Positions 12,001 to 24,290 of a stretch of DNA of 64,000 bases are shown here, piece by piece (within the stretch, counting starts at the first letter, position 1; every line of letters begins with the position of its first letter). A program made the translations under genes and the position numbers. The notes beneath the pieces are model-generated. The model did not search any database. It was not told the DNA's origin and saw only the letters and a list, made by a program, of their open reading frames with translations. The stretch spans positions 104,098,001 to 104,162,000 of the forward strand of contig OZ024740.1 of the NCBI GenBank assembly GCA_964016885.1, written 5' to 3'. Origin of the DNA: Eledone cirrhosa. Taxonomy: Eukaryota.

Positions 12001-15000
12001 AGTGTCAGGTGTGGTAGTGTCAGATGTGGTAGTGTCAGGTGTGGTAGTGTCAGGTGTAGTAGTGTCAGGTGTGGTACTGTCATGTGTGGTAGTGTCATGT
12101 GTGGTAGTGTCAGGTGTGGCAGTGTCATGTGTAGTAGTGTCAGGTGTGGTAGTGTCAGGTGTGGTAGTGTCAGGTGTGTTAGTGTCAGGTGTGGCAGTGC
12201 CATGTGTAGTAGTGTCAGGTGTGGTAGTGTCAGGTGTAGTAGTGTCATGTGTGGTAGTGTCATGTGTGGTAGTGTCATGTGTGGTAGTGTCAGGTGTGGC
12301 AGTGTCATGTGTAGTAGTGTCAGGTGTGGTAGTGTCAGGTGTGGTAGTGTCAGGTGTGTTAGTGTCAGGTGTGGCAGTGCCATGTGTAGTAGTGTCAGGT
12401 GTGGTAGTGTCAGGTGTGGTAGTGTCAGGTGTGGCAGTGTCAGTGTCATGTGTAGTAGTGTCAGGTGTGGTAGTGTCAGGTGTGGTAGTGTCAGGTGTGG
12501 TAGTGTCAGGTGTGGTAGTGTGAGGTGTAGTTGTGTCATGTGTGGTAGTGTCATGTGTGGTAGTGTCAAGTGTAGTAGTGTCAGGTGTGGTAGTGTCAGG
12601 TGTGGTAGTGTCAGGTGTGGTAGTGTCAGGTGTGGTAGTGTCATGTGTAGTAGTGTCATGTGTCGTAGTGTCAGGTGTGGTAGTGTCAGGTGTAGTAGTG
12701 TCAGGTGTGGTAGTATCAGGTGTGGTAGTGTCAGGTGTGGTAGTGTCAGGTGTGCTAGTGTCAGGTGTGGTAGTGTCATGTGTGGTAGTGTCATGTGTGG
12801 TAGTGTCAGGTGTGGTAGTGTCAGGTGTGGTAGTGTCAGGTTTGGTAGTGTCAGGTGTGGTAGTGTCATGTGTGGTAGTGTCAGGTGTGGTAGTGTCATG
12901 TGTGGTAGTGTCAGGTGTGGTAGTGTCAGGTGTAGTAGTGTCAGGTGTGGTAGTGTCAGGTGTGGTAGTGTCAGGTGTAGTAGTGTCAGGTGTGGTAGTG
13001 TCAGGTGTAGTAGTGTCAGGTGTGGTAGTGTCAGGTGTGGTAGTGTCAGGTGTAGTAGTGTCAGGTGTGGTAGTGTCAGGTGTGGTAGTGTCAGGTGTAG
13101 TAGTGTCAGGTGTGGTAGTGTCAGGTGTAGTAGTGTCATGTGTGGTAGTGTCAGGTGTGGTAGTGTCAGGTGTAGTAGTGTCATGTGTGGTAGTGTCAGG
13201 TGAGGTAGTGTCAGATGTGGTAGTGTCAGGTGTGGTAGTGTCATGTGTGGTAGTGTCAGGTGTGGTAGTGTCAGATGTAGTAGCGTCATGTGTGGTAGTG
13301 TCAGGTGTGGTAGTGTCAGGTGTGGTAGTGTCAGGTGTGGTAGTGTCAGGTGTGGTAGTGTCAGGTGTGGTAGTGTCAGGTGTGGTAGTGTCAGGTGTGG
13401 TAGTGTCAGGTGTGGTAGTGTCAGGTGTGGTAGTGTCAGGTGTAGTAGTGTCAGGTGTGGTAGTGTCAGGTGTGGTAGTGTCAGGTGTAGTAGTGTCAGG
13501 TGTGGTAGTGTCAGGTGTAGTAGTGTCAGGTGTGGTAGTGTCAGGTGTGGTAGTGTCAGGTGTAGTAGTGTCAGGTGTGGTAGTGTCAGGTGTGGTAGTG
13601 TCAGGTGTGGTAGTGTCAGGTGTAGTAGTGTCATGTGTGGTAGTGTCAGGTGTGGTAGTGTCATGTGTGGTAGTGTCAGGTGTAGTAGTGTCATGTGTGG
13701 CAGTGTCAGGTGTAGTAGTGTCATGTGTGGTAGTGTCAGGTGTAGTAGTGTCAGGTGTGGTAGTGTCAGATGTGGTAGTGTCAGGTGTGGTAGTGTCAGG
13801 TGTAGTAGTGTCAGGTGTGGTAGTGTCAGGTGTGGTAGTGTCAGGTGTGGTAGTGTCAGGTGTGGTAGTGTCAGGTGTGGTAGTGTCAGGTGTGGTAGTG
13901 TCAGGTGTAGTAGTGTCAGGTGTAGTAGTGTCATGTGTAGTAGTGTCATGTGTGGTAGTGTCAGGTGTGGTAGTGTCAGGTGTAGTAGTGTCAGGTGTGG
14001 TAGTGTCATGTGTGGTAGTGTCATGTGTGGTAGTGTCAGGTGTGGCAGTGTCATGTGTAGTAGTGTCAGGTGTGGTAGTGTCAGGTGTGGTAGTGTCAGG
14101 TGTGTTAGTGTCAGGTGTGGCAGTGCCATGTGTAGTAGTGTCAGGTGTGGTAGTGTCAGGTGTAGTAGTGTCATGTGTGGTAGTGTCATGTGTGGTAGTG
14201 TCAGGTGTGGCAGTGTCAGGTGTGGCAGTGTCATGTGTAGTAGTGTCAGGTGTGGTAGTGTCAGGTGTGGTAGTGTCAGGTGTGGTAGTGTCAGGTGTGG
14301 TAGTGTGAGGTGTAGATGTGTCATGTGTGGTAGTGTCATGTGTGGTAGTGTCAGGTGTAGTAGTGTCAGGTTTGGTAGTGTCAGGTGTGGTAGTGTCAGG
14401 TGTGGTAGTGTCAGGTGTGGTAGTGTCATGTGTAGTAGTGTCATGTGTCGTAGTGTCAGGTGTGGTAGTGTCAGGTGTAGTAGTGTCAGGTGTGGTAGTG
14501 TCAGGTGTGGTAGTGTCAGGTGTGGTAGTTTCAGGTGTGGTAGTGTCAGGTGTGGTAGTGTCATGTGTGGTAGTGTCATGTGTGGTAGTGTCAGGTGTGG
14601 TAGTGTCAGGTGTGGTAGTGTCAGGTTTGGTAGTGTCAGGTGTGGTAGTGTCATGTGTGGTAGTGTCAGGTGTGGTAGTGTCATGTGTGGTAGTGTCAGG
14701 TGTGGTAATGTCAGGTGTGGTAGTGTCAGGTGTGGTAGTGTCAGGTGTGGTAGTGTCAGGTGTGGTAGTGTCAGGTGTGGTAGTGTCAGGTGTAGTAGTG
14801 TCAGGTGTGGTAGTGTCAGGTGTGGTAGTGTCAGGTGTAGTAGTGTCAGGTGTGGTAGTGTCAGGTGTAGTAGTGTCAGGTGTGGTAGTGTCAGGTGTGG
14901 TAGTGTCAGGTGTAGTAGTGTCAGGTGTGGAAGTGTCAGGTGTGGTAGTGTCAGGTGTAGTAGTGTCATGTGTGGTAGTGTCAGGTGTGGTAGTGTCAGA

Positions 15001-18000
15001 TGTGGTAGTGTCAGGTGTGGTAGTGTCAGGTGTAGTAGTGTCATGTGTGGTAGTGTCAGGTGTGGTAGTGTCAGGTGTGGTAGTGTCAGGTGTGGTAGTG
15101 TCAGGTGTGGTAGTTTCAGGTGTGGTAGTGTCAGGTGTGGTAGTGTCAGGTGTGGTAGTGTCAGGTGTGGTAGTGTCAGGTGTGGTAGTGTCAGGTGTGG
15201 TAGTGTCAGGTGTAGTAGTGTCAGGTGTAGTAGTGTCATGTGTAGTAGTGTCATGTGTGGTAGTGTCAGGTGTGGTAGTGTCAGGTGTAGTAGTGTCAGG
15301 TGTGGTAGTGTCATGTGTGGTAGTGTCATGTGTGGTAGTGTCAGGTGTGGCAGTGTCATGTGTAGTAGTGTCAGGTGTGGTAGTGTCAGGTGTGGTAGTA
15401 TCAGGTGTGTTAGTGTCAGGTGTGGCAGTGTCATGTGTAGTAGTGTCAGGTGTGGTAGTGTCAGGTGTAGTGGTGTCAGGTGTGGTAGTGTCATGTGTGG
15501 TAGTGTCATGTGTGTTAGTGTCAGGTGTGGCAGTGTAATGTGTAGTAGTGTCAGGTGTGGTAGTGTCAGGTGTAGTAGTGTCAGGTGTGGTAGTGTCATG
15601 TGTGGTAGTGTCATGTGTGGTAGTGTCAGGTGTGGTAGTGTTAGGTGTGGTAGTGTCAGGTGTGGTAGTGTCAGGTGTGGTAGTGTCAGGTGTGGTAGTG
15701 TCAGGTGTGGTAGTGTCAGGTGTGGTAGTGTCAGGTGTGGTAGTGTCAGGTGTGGTAGTGTCAGGTGTAGTAGTGTCAGGTGTGGTAGTGTCAGGTGTGG
15801 TAGTGTCAGGTGTAGTAGTGTCAGGTGTGGTAGTGTCAGGTGTGGCAGTGTCATGTGTGGTAGTGTCAGGTGTGGTAGTGTCATGTGTGGTAGTGTCATG
15901 TGTGGTAGTGTCAGGTGTGGTAGTGTCATGTGTGGTAGTGTCAGGTGTGGTAGTGTCAGGTGTGGTAGTGTCATGTGTGGTAGTGTCAGGTGTGGTAGTG
16001 TCAGGTGTGGTAGTGTCAGGTGTGGTAGTGTCAGGTGTGGTAGTGTCAGGTGTGGTAGTGTCAGGTGTGGTAGTGTCAGGTGTGGTAGTGTCAGGTGTGG
16101 TAGTGTCAGGTGTAGTAGTGTCAGGTGTGGTAGTGTCAGGTGTGGTAGTGTCAGGTGTAGTAGTGTCAGGTGTGGTAGTGTCATGTGTAGTAGTGTCAGG
16201 TGTGGTAGTGTCAGGTGTGGTAGTGTCAGGTGTAGTAGTGTCAGGTGTGGTAGTGTCAGGTGTGGTAGTGTCAGGTGTAGTAGTGTCAGGTGTGGTAGTG
16301 TCAGGTGTAGTAGTGTCATGTGTGGTAGTGTCAGGTGTGGTAGTGTCAGGTGTAGTAGTGTCATGTGTGGTAGTGTCAGGTGAGGTAGTGTCAGATGTGG
16401 TAGTGTCAGGTGTGGTAGTGTCAGGTGTAGTAGCGTCATGTGTGGTAGTGTCAGGTGTGGTAGTGTCAGGTGTGGTAGTGTCAGGTGTGGTAGTGTCAGG
16501 TGTGGTAGTGTCAGGTGTGGTAGTGTCAGGTGTGGTAGTGTCAGGTGTAGTAGTGTCAGGTGTGGTAGTGTCAGGTGTGGTAGTGTCAGGTGTAGTAGTG
16601 TCAGGTGTGGTAGTGTCAGGTGTAGTAGTGTCAGGTGTGGTAGTGTCATGTGTGGTAGTGTCAGGTGTAGTAGTGTCAGGTGTGGTAGTGTCAGGTGTGG
16701 TAGTGTCAGGTGTGGTAGTGTCAGGTGTAGTAGTGTCAGGTGTGGTAGTGTCAGGTGTAGTAGTGTCATGTGTGGTAGTGTCAGGTGTGGTAGTGTCATG
16801 TGTAGTAGTGTCATGTGTGGTAGTGTCAGGTGTGGTAGTGTCATGTGTGGTAGTGTCAGGTGTGGTAGTGTCAGGTGTAGTAGTGTCATGTGTGGTAGTG
16901 TCAGGTGTAGTAGTGTCATGTGTGGTAGTGTCAGGTGTGGTAGTGTCAGGTGTGGTAGTGTCAGGTGTGGTAGTGTCATGTGTGGTAGTGTCAGGTGTGG
17001 TAGTGTCAGGTGTGGTAGTGTCAGGTGTGGTAGTGTCAGGTGTAAGTATGTCAGGTGTGGTAGTGTCAGATGTGGTAGTGTCAGGTGTGGTAGTGTCAGG
17101 TGTAGTAGTGTCATGTGTGGTAGTGTCAGGTGTGGTAGTGTCAGGTGTGGTAGTGTCAGGTGTGGTAGTGTCAGGTGTGGTAGTGTCAGGTGTGGTAGTG
17201 TCAGGTGTGGTAGTGTCAGGTGTGGTAGTGTCAGGTGTGGTAGTGTCAGGTGTAGTAGTGTCAGGTGTAGTAGTGTCATGTGTAGTAGTGTCATGTGTGG
17301 TAGTGTCAGGTGTAGTAGTGTCATGTGTGGTAGTGTCAGGTGTGGTAGTGTCAGGTGTGGTAGTGTCAGGTGTAGTAGTGTCAGGTGTGGTAGTGTCATG
17401 TGTGGTAGTGTCATGTGTGGTAGTGTCAGGTGTGGTAGTGTCAGGTGTGGTAGTGTCATGTGTAGTAGTGTCAGGTGTGGTAGTGTCAGGTGTAGTAGTG
17501 TCAGGTGTGGTAGTGTCAGGTGTGGCAGTGTCATGTGTAGTAGTGTCAGGTGTGGTAGTGTCAGGTGTAGTAGTGTCAGGTGTGGTAGTGTCAGGTGTGG
17601 TAGTGTCAGGTGTGGTAGTGTCAGGTGTGGTAGTGTCAGGTGTAGTAGTGTCAGGTGTGGTAGTGTCATGTGTGGTAGTGTCAGGTGTGGTAGTGTCAGG
17701 TGTAGTAGTGTCAGGTGTGGTAGTGTCAGGTGTGGTAGTGTCAGGTGTAGTAGTGTCAGGTGTGGTAGTGTCAGGTGTGGTAGTGTCAGGTGTGGTAGTG
17801 TCATGTGTGGTAGTGTCAGGTGTGGTAGTGTCAGGTGTGGTAGTGTCATGTGTGGTAGTGTCAGGTGTGGTAGTGTCAGGTGTGGTAGTGTCAGGTGTGG
17901 TAGTGTCAGGTGTGGTAGTGTCAGGTGTGGTAGTGTCAGGTGTGGTAGTGTCAGGTGTAGTAGTGTCAGGTGTGGTAGTGTCAGGTGTGGTAGTGTCAGG

Positions 18001-21000
18001 TGTAGTAGTGTCAGGTGTGGTAGTGTCAGGTGTAGTAGTGTCAGGTGTGGTAGTGTCATGTGTGGTAGTGTCAGGTGTGGTAGTGTCAGGTGTGGTAGTG
18101 TCAGGTGTGGTAGTGTCAGGTGTGGTAGTGTCAGGTGTGGTAGTGTCAGGTGTGGTAGTATCAGGTGTGGTAGTGTCAGGTGTGGTAGTTTCAGGTGTAG
18201 TAGTGTCAGGTGTGGTAGTGTCATGTGTGGTAGTGTCAGGTGTGGTAGTGTCAGGTGTGGTAGTGTCAGGTGTGGTAGTGTCAGGTGTGGTAGTGTCAGG
18301 TGTGGTAGTGTCAGGTGTGGTAGTGTCATGTGTGGTAGTGTCAGGTGTGGTAGTGTCAGGTGTAGTAGTGTCAGGTGTGGTAGTGTCAGGTGTGGTAGTG
18401 TCAGGTGTAGTAGTGTCAGGTGTGGTAGTGTCAGGTGTAGTAGTGTCAGGTGTGGTAGTGTCATGTGTGGTAGTGTCAGGTGTGGTAGTGTCAGGTGTGG
18501 TAGTGTCAGGTGTGGTAGTGTCAGGTGTGGTAGTGTCAGGTGTGGTAGTATCAGGTGTGGTAGTGTCAGGTGTAGTAGTGTCAGGTGTGGTAGTGTCAGG
18601 TGTGGTAGCGTCAGGTGTAGTAGTGTCAGGTGTGGTAGTGTCAGGTGTAGTAGTGTCAGGTGTGGTAGTGTCAGGTGTGGTAGTGTCAGGTGTAGTAGTG
18701 TCAGGTGTGGTAGTGTCAGGTGTGGTAGTGTCAGGTGTAGTAGTGTCAGGTGTGGTAGTGTCAGGTGTAGTAGTGTCAAGTGTGGTAGTGTCAGGTGTGG
18801 TAGTGTCAGGTGTAGTAGTGTCATGTGTGGTAGTGTCAGGTGTGGTAGTGTCAGGTGTGGTAGTGTCAGGTGTGGTAGTGTCAGGTGTGGTAGTGTCAGG
18901 TGTGGTAGTGTCAGGTGTAGTAGTGTCAGGTGTGGTAGTGTCAGGTGTAGTAGTGTCAGGTGTGGTAGTGTCAGGTGTGGTAGTGTCAGGTGTAGTAGTG
19001 TCAGGTGTGGTAGTGTCAGGTGTGGTAGTGTCAGGTGTAGTAGTGTCAGGTGTGGTAGTGTCAGGTGTAGTAGTGTCATGTGTGGTAGTGTCAGGTGTGG
19101 TAGTGTCATGTGTAGTAGTGTCATGTGTGGTAGTGTCAGGTGTGGTAGTGTCATGTGTTGTAGTGTCAGGTGTAGTAGTGTCAGGTGTGGTAGTGTCAGA
19201 TGTGGTAGTGTCAGGTGTGGTAGCGTCAGGTGTAGTAGTGTCATGTGTGGTAGTGTCAGGTGTAGTAGTGTCATGTGTGGTAGTGTCAGGTGTAGTAGTT
19301 TCAGGTGTGGTAGTGTCAGATGTGGTAGTGTCAGGTGTGGTAGTGTCAGGTGTAGTAGTGTCATGTGTGTTAGTGTCAGGTGTGGTAGTGTCAGGTGTGG
19401 TAGTGTCAGGTGTGGTAGTGTCAGGTGTGGTAGTGTCAGGTGTGGTAGTGTCAGGTGTGGTAGTGTCAGGTGTGGTAGTGTCAGGTGTGGTAGTGTCAGG
19501 TGTGGTAGTGTCAGGTGTAGTAGTGTCAGGTGTAGTAGTGTAATGTGTAGTAGTGTCATGTGTGGTAGTGTCAGGTGTGGTAGTGTCAGGTGTAGTAGTG
19601 TCAGGTGTGGTAGTGTCATGTGTGGTAGTGTCATGTGTGGTAGTGTCAGGTGTGGCAGTGTCATGTGTAGTAGTGTCAGGTGTGGTAGTGTCAGGTGTGG
19701 TAGTGTCAGGTGTGTTAGTGTCAGGTGTGGCAGTGCCATGTGTAGTAGTGTCAGGTGTGGTAGTGTCAGGTGTAGTAGTGTGATGTGTGGTAGTGTCAGG
19801 TGTGGTAGTGTCAGGTGTGGTAGTGCAGGTGTGGTAGTGTCAGGTGTAGTTGTGTCATGTGTGGTAGTGTCATGTGTGGTAGTGTCAGGTGTGGTAGTGT
19901 CAGGTGTGGTAGTGTCAGGTGTGGCAGTGTCAGGTGTGGCAGTGTCATGTGTAGTAGTGTCAGGTGTGGTAGTGTCAGGTGTGGTAGTGTCAGGTGTGGT
20001 AGTGTCAGGTGTGGTAGTGTGAGGTGTAGTTGTGTCATGTGTAGTAGTGTCAGGTGTGGTAGTGTCAGGTGTGGTAGTGTCAGGTGTGGTAGTGGCATGT
20101 GTGGTAGTGTCAGGTGTAGTAGTGTCAGGTGTGGTAGTGTAAGTTGTGGTAGTGTCAGGTGTGGTAGTGTCAGGTGTGGTAGTGTCATGTGTAGTAGTGT
20201 CATGTGTCGTAGTGTCAGGTGTGGTAGTGTCAGGTGTAGTAGTGTCAGGTGTGGTAGTGTCAGGTGTGGTAGTGTCAGGTGTTGTAGTGTCAGGTGTGGT
20301 AGTGTCAGGTGTGGTAGTGTCATGTGTGGTAGTGTCATGTGTGGTAGTGTCAGGTGTGGTAGTGTCAGGTGTGGTAGTGTCAGGTGTGGTAGTGTCAGGT
20401 TTGGTAGTGTCAGGTGTAGTAGTGTCATGTGTGGTAGTGTCATGTGTGGTAGTGTCAGGGTTGGTAGTGTCAGGTGTGGTAGTGTCATGTGTGGTAGTGT
20501 CAGGTGTGGTAGTGTCAGGTGTGGTAGTGTCAGGTGTGGTAGTGTCAGGGTTGGTAGTGTCAGGTGTGGTAGTGTCATGTGTAGTAGTGTCAGGTGTGGT
20601 AGTGTCATGTGTGGTAGTGTCAGGTGTGGTAGTGTCAGGTGTGGTAGTGTCAGGTGTGGTAGTGTCAGGTGTAGTAGTGTCAGGTGTGGTAGTGTCAGGT
20701 GTGGTAGTGTCAGGTCTGGTAGTGTCAGGTGTGGTAGTGTCATGTGTGGTAGTGTCATGTGTGGTAGTGTCAGGTGTGGTAGTGTCAGGTGTGGTAGTGT
20801 CAGGTGTGGTAGTGTCAGGTGTAGTAGTGTCATGTGTGGTAGTGTTAGGTGTGGTAGTGTCATGTGTGGTAGTGTCAGGTGTAGTAGTGTCATGTGTGGT
20901 AGTGTCAGGTGTAGTAGTGTCAGGTGTGGTAGTGTCATGTGTGGTAGTGTCAGGTGTGGTAGTGTCAGGTGTGGTAGTGTCAGGTGTGGTAGTGTCAGGT

Positions 21001-22165
21001 GTGGTAGTGTCATGTGTGGTAGTGTCATGTGTGGTAGTGTCAGGTGTGGTAGTGTCAGGTGTGGTAGTGTCAGGTGTGGTAGTGTCAGGTGTGGTAGTGT
21101 CAGGTGTGGTAGTGTCAGGTGTAGTAGTGTCATGTGTGGTAGTGTTAGGTGTGGTAGTGTCATGTGTGGTAGTGTCAGGTGTAGTAGTGTCATGTGTGGT
21201 AGTGTCAGGTGTAGTAGTGTCAGGTGTGGCAGTGTCATGTGTAGTAGTGTCATGTGTGGTAGTGTGAGGTGTGGTAGTGTCATGTGTGGTAGTGTCATGT
21301 GTGGTAGTGTCATGTGTGGTAGTGTCAGGTGTGGTAGTGTCAGGTGTGGTAGTGTCAGGTGTAGTAGTGTCAGGTGTGGTAGTGTCATGTGTGGTAGTGT
21401 CAGGTGTGGTAGTGTCAGGTGTGGTAGTGTCAGGTGTGGTAGTGTCAGGTGTAGTAGTGTCAGGTGTGGTAGTGTCAGGTGTGGTAGTGTCATGTGTGGT
21501 AGTGTCAGGTGTGGTAGTGTCAGGTGTGGTAGTGTCAGGTGTGGTAGTGTCAGGTGTAGTAGTGTCAGGTGTGGTAGTGTCATGTGTGGTAGTGTCATGT
21601 GTGGTAGTGTCAGGTGTGGTAGTGTCAGGTGTGGTAGTGTCAGGTGTGGTAGTGTCAGGTGTAGTAGTGTCAGGTGTGGTAGTGTCAGGTGTGGTAGTGT
21701 CATGTGTGGTAGTGTCAGGTGTGGTAGTGTCAGGTGTGGTAGTGTCAGGTGTGGTAGTGTCAGGTGTAGTAGTGTCAGGTGTGGTAGTGTCAGGTGTGGT
21801 AGTGTCATGTGTGGTAGTGTCAGGTGTGGTAGTGTCAGGTGTAGTAGTGTCAGGTGTGGTAGTGTCATGTGTGGTAGTGTCATGTGTGGTAGTGTCAGGT
21901 GTGGTAGTGTCAGGTGTGGTAGTGTCAGGTGTGGTAGTGTCAGGTGTAGTAGTGTCAGGTGTGGTAGTGTCAGGTGTGGTAGTGTCATGTGTGGTAGTGT
22001 CAGGTGTGGTAGTGTCAGGTGTGGTAGTGTCAGGTATGGTAGTGTCAGGTGTAGTAGTGTCAGGTGTGGTAGTGTCATGTGTGGTAGTGTCATGTGTGGT
22101 AGTGTCAGGTGTGGTAGTGTCAGGTGTGGTAGTGTCAGGTGTGGTAGTGTCAGGTGTGGTAGTGA
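1..22165. repeat. 15-bp tandem satellite/minisatellite array, consensus GGTGTGGTAGTGTCA (~1,480 copies, truncated by window start)
   Basis: Uninterrupted 15-nt periodicity. Common variants are CAGG>CATG and TGTGG>TGTAG, with rare 1-2 nt deletions. The array ends abruptly at ...GTGGTAGTGACAGGC. Confidence 0.99.
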
Positions 22166-22364
22166 CAGGCATGCTAATTACCTATATTTATTCAGAATAC
22201 AAAACTACCACCGTGTTACTCTCAAACCTTATATGAAAAATACATGATAATTCTTCTAATGAATAGACTACTTACACCCAACTACTAAAACCACCAGAGA
22301 AGCATTTCACTCCATTCCCCAGGACCCACTTAATAAACAAAATACTGAACATATTTTTAAAAGA

Positions 22365-22595
22365 ACCGAGTCCATACTGTAAGGTGGTAGTGCCAGTGCT
22401 ATGACAAAAACTACCCAGTCCACTTTGTACATGCTGCAAAGGGGTTGGTGTTAGGAAGGGTATCCAACCATAGAAACCAAGCCAACAATGGAGATACAAA
22501 CAAGACATGGTCATCTGACCAATCTTGTCTCTGTATGTAACCTTTTGAACATGTGCAAGAATGAAAAATAGACATTAAATCATGATGGTCATGAA
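22365..22595 (+). mobile_element. Decayed RTE 3'UTR / SINE-body fragment
   Basis: Contains GGTTGGTGTTAGGAAGGGTATCCA and a tail AAAATAGACATTAAATCATGATG similar to the LINE 3' end at 27890-28057. Confidence 0.7.
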
Positions 22596-23039
22596 CTAAC
22601 ATCTCTATCTCTCAGGTTACCAAACAAATGTAGATTACAGTAACAATACATCAAGAAATTGTAATCTCCTAACAGGGATTTCTTCTTTCGGATACCTTTT
22701 TTAACTTATACCTACATATACGTGTGTACACACCTCGGCAAAACATATACTATCTCATAAGCAGATGATGTTACAATCGTAGTCTGCTTTCTTTCCTCAG
22801 GCATAGCTAACCTTACATCAATGTACTAAAAACCTGAATCCAAACAAATAAACTAAACGTAGCATTTGCTAAATCTACCATCTCACAAATGACATCAGCT
22901 ACAACTAAAAATCACATTTGACAGTATAAACAGAAGACATAAAAGATAGAAATTATACACAATGTTCAGACTCTACAATAGAAAATGGTAAAGAAAACAA
23001 AATGATACATAATCATTTTTAGAACCTTCACAGACAAGA

Positions 23040-23330
23040 CATTTGGTTGACAGAAAGAAACAAGAGCAGTGATCTACAAAGAATACATTAGCTCCATCAT
23101 GGATTATTTCATGTCATGGCTGGGCTCTTAATCTCTCCACAATATACAACAATAAGCTACAAACAACACAAAATATGCATTGTGTAACATCACAAGCTGA
23201 AGAAAAACTACACCTTATGGACAAGCTGCACAAAGAAATATAAATAACCAAAGTGAAAAATCTCTTGAATAAATGAGAAGCAGTTTGATGCAGAGGCAAG
23301 CTCCAACTCTTAGAGTACCATCAATAAAAA
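23040..23330 (+). pseudogene. Highly decayed non-LTR retrotransposon RT C-terminal fragment (Jockey/I-like)
   Basis: Manual translation across frameshifts gives QKETRAVIYKEYISSIMDY...NKLQTTQN...DKLHKE, resembling the post-RT region of LINEs. Confidence 0.45.
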
Positions 23331-23366
23331 TAATTACCTCAAAATATCTACCACACCAACAGTACA

Positions 23367-23470
23367 TACGATGGTCAGCTGAAAAGTTCATAGGTTGACT
23401 ATGAAGAAGTGATACAAGGGCTCTGAAATCTTCTATGCATTAATTTCAAATCTTATTACTAATAGCAAAT
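23367..23470 (+). mobile_element. Mariner-type MITE left-end fragment
   Basis: TACGATGGTCAGCTGAAAAGTTCATAGG matches the TIR of the element at 32640-32841. Confidence 0.6.
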
Positions 23471-23679
23471 ACTAGATGTTTGGGAAATGTTTCAGCCTTT
23501 ATCAGTTTCTAACACAATACTTATGTAGGATGTACATTGGAGTACTGTCATCATGCATAAAACTACAGAAACTATTCGTACAAACATTCTAGACCACATC
23601 TAAAAGAAAGGAAAAAACTATTTAATAGATTGGTAAATCATGTACTGCTTGTAAATAAATTGCGATGTTCATAGCAGCT

Positions 23680-23940
23680 AGACTTGGTCATTGAGTACAG
23701 AAGATGTAGAAAAGTTGGAAAGAGATGAGGCAAGCATGTTGCACTGTATTTGTAATGTCAGAATGAATGTCAGAGTAAAAGTGAACATCAAGTAGTCAAC
23801 TGCAGTATGCAAGAAAGAGGACTGCATTCCTACAGAGATACAGTGTGAATAAAAAATGACAATAAGGCAATGATGAATCAAACAAGGAGTCTTCAGAAGA
23901 GGAAGACATTTGAAGAAGTAGTGTGGGTTTATCTCAGAAG
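23680..23940 (+). pseudogene. Decayed RTE LINE C-terminal fragment
   Basis: Reads TWSLSTEDVEKLERDEASMLHCICNV, homologous to ETWAL..EDLRRLERNEA.MLRWMC in the intact RTE pieces. Confidence 0.7.
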
Positions 23941-23954
23941 TAGTGTGGGTTCAT

Positions 23955-24290
23955 CTTGTTACTTCGGCCACAAACCTGGGTTCTGCTACCTGTACTGCAG
24001 AGGAGAGGAAGATAGTAAAAAAACCAGGGCCTAACTGATCACTTCCTCTTTGAACCAGTTTCTGTTGAGACCTCTAATGTCCTTGATCCTCGCACTGCTG
24101 ATTTCCTCCATAAAGTCTGAAGGACGGCACTCCACATGAGGAGGGAACCCCATGAGGTGGAGTGGCTGTTGCAGCAGGTGCTTCTGGCCATTCTCTGCAG
24201 TAACACTTTTGTTGTTTTGTCTGTGGAGTGTGGCTGAAGCACCGCTCAGACTCGGGTGTAGTGACTGCCCTTCTCCCTCTCCCTTTCTTT
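23955..24290 (+). pseudogene. 3' end of a CRE-like (restriction-like endonuclease) non-LTR retrotransposon
   Basis: Manual translation TSATNLGSATCTAEERKIVK/ (fs) HFLFEPVSVETSNVLDPRTADFLHKV*...EPHEVEWLLQQVLLAILCSN fits the AE.RK..KY / F.P.A.ET / L.QR.S.A..RGN C-terminus of CRE-like RLE domains. Confidence 0.6.

Noticed and set aside
1-22165. Telomeric repeat interpretation of the GT-rich array
   Set aside because: Not TTAGGG, and the G-rich strand runs 5'->3' toward the unique sequence, opposite to telomere polarity.
5-22247. Giant ORFs (VVVSG)n, (RCGSV)n, (LTLPH)n up to 3468 aa
   Set aside because: A 15-nt monomer that is stop-free in five of six frames produces these automatically; the ORFs overlap on both strands and change register at indels.
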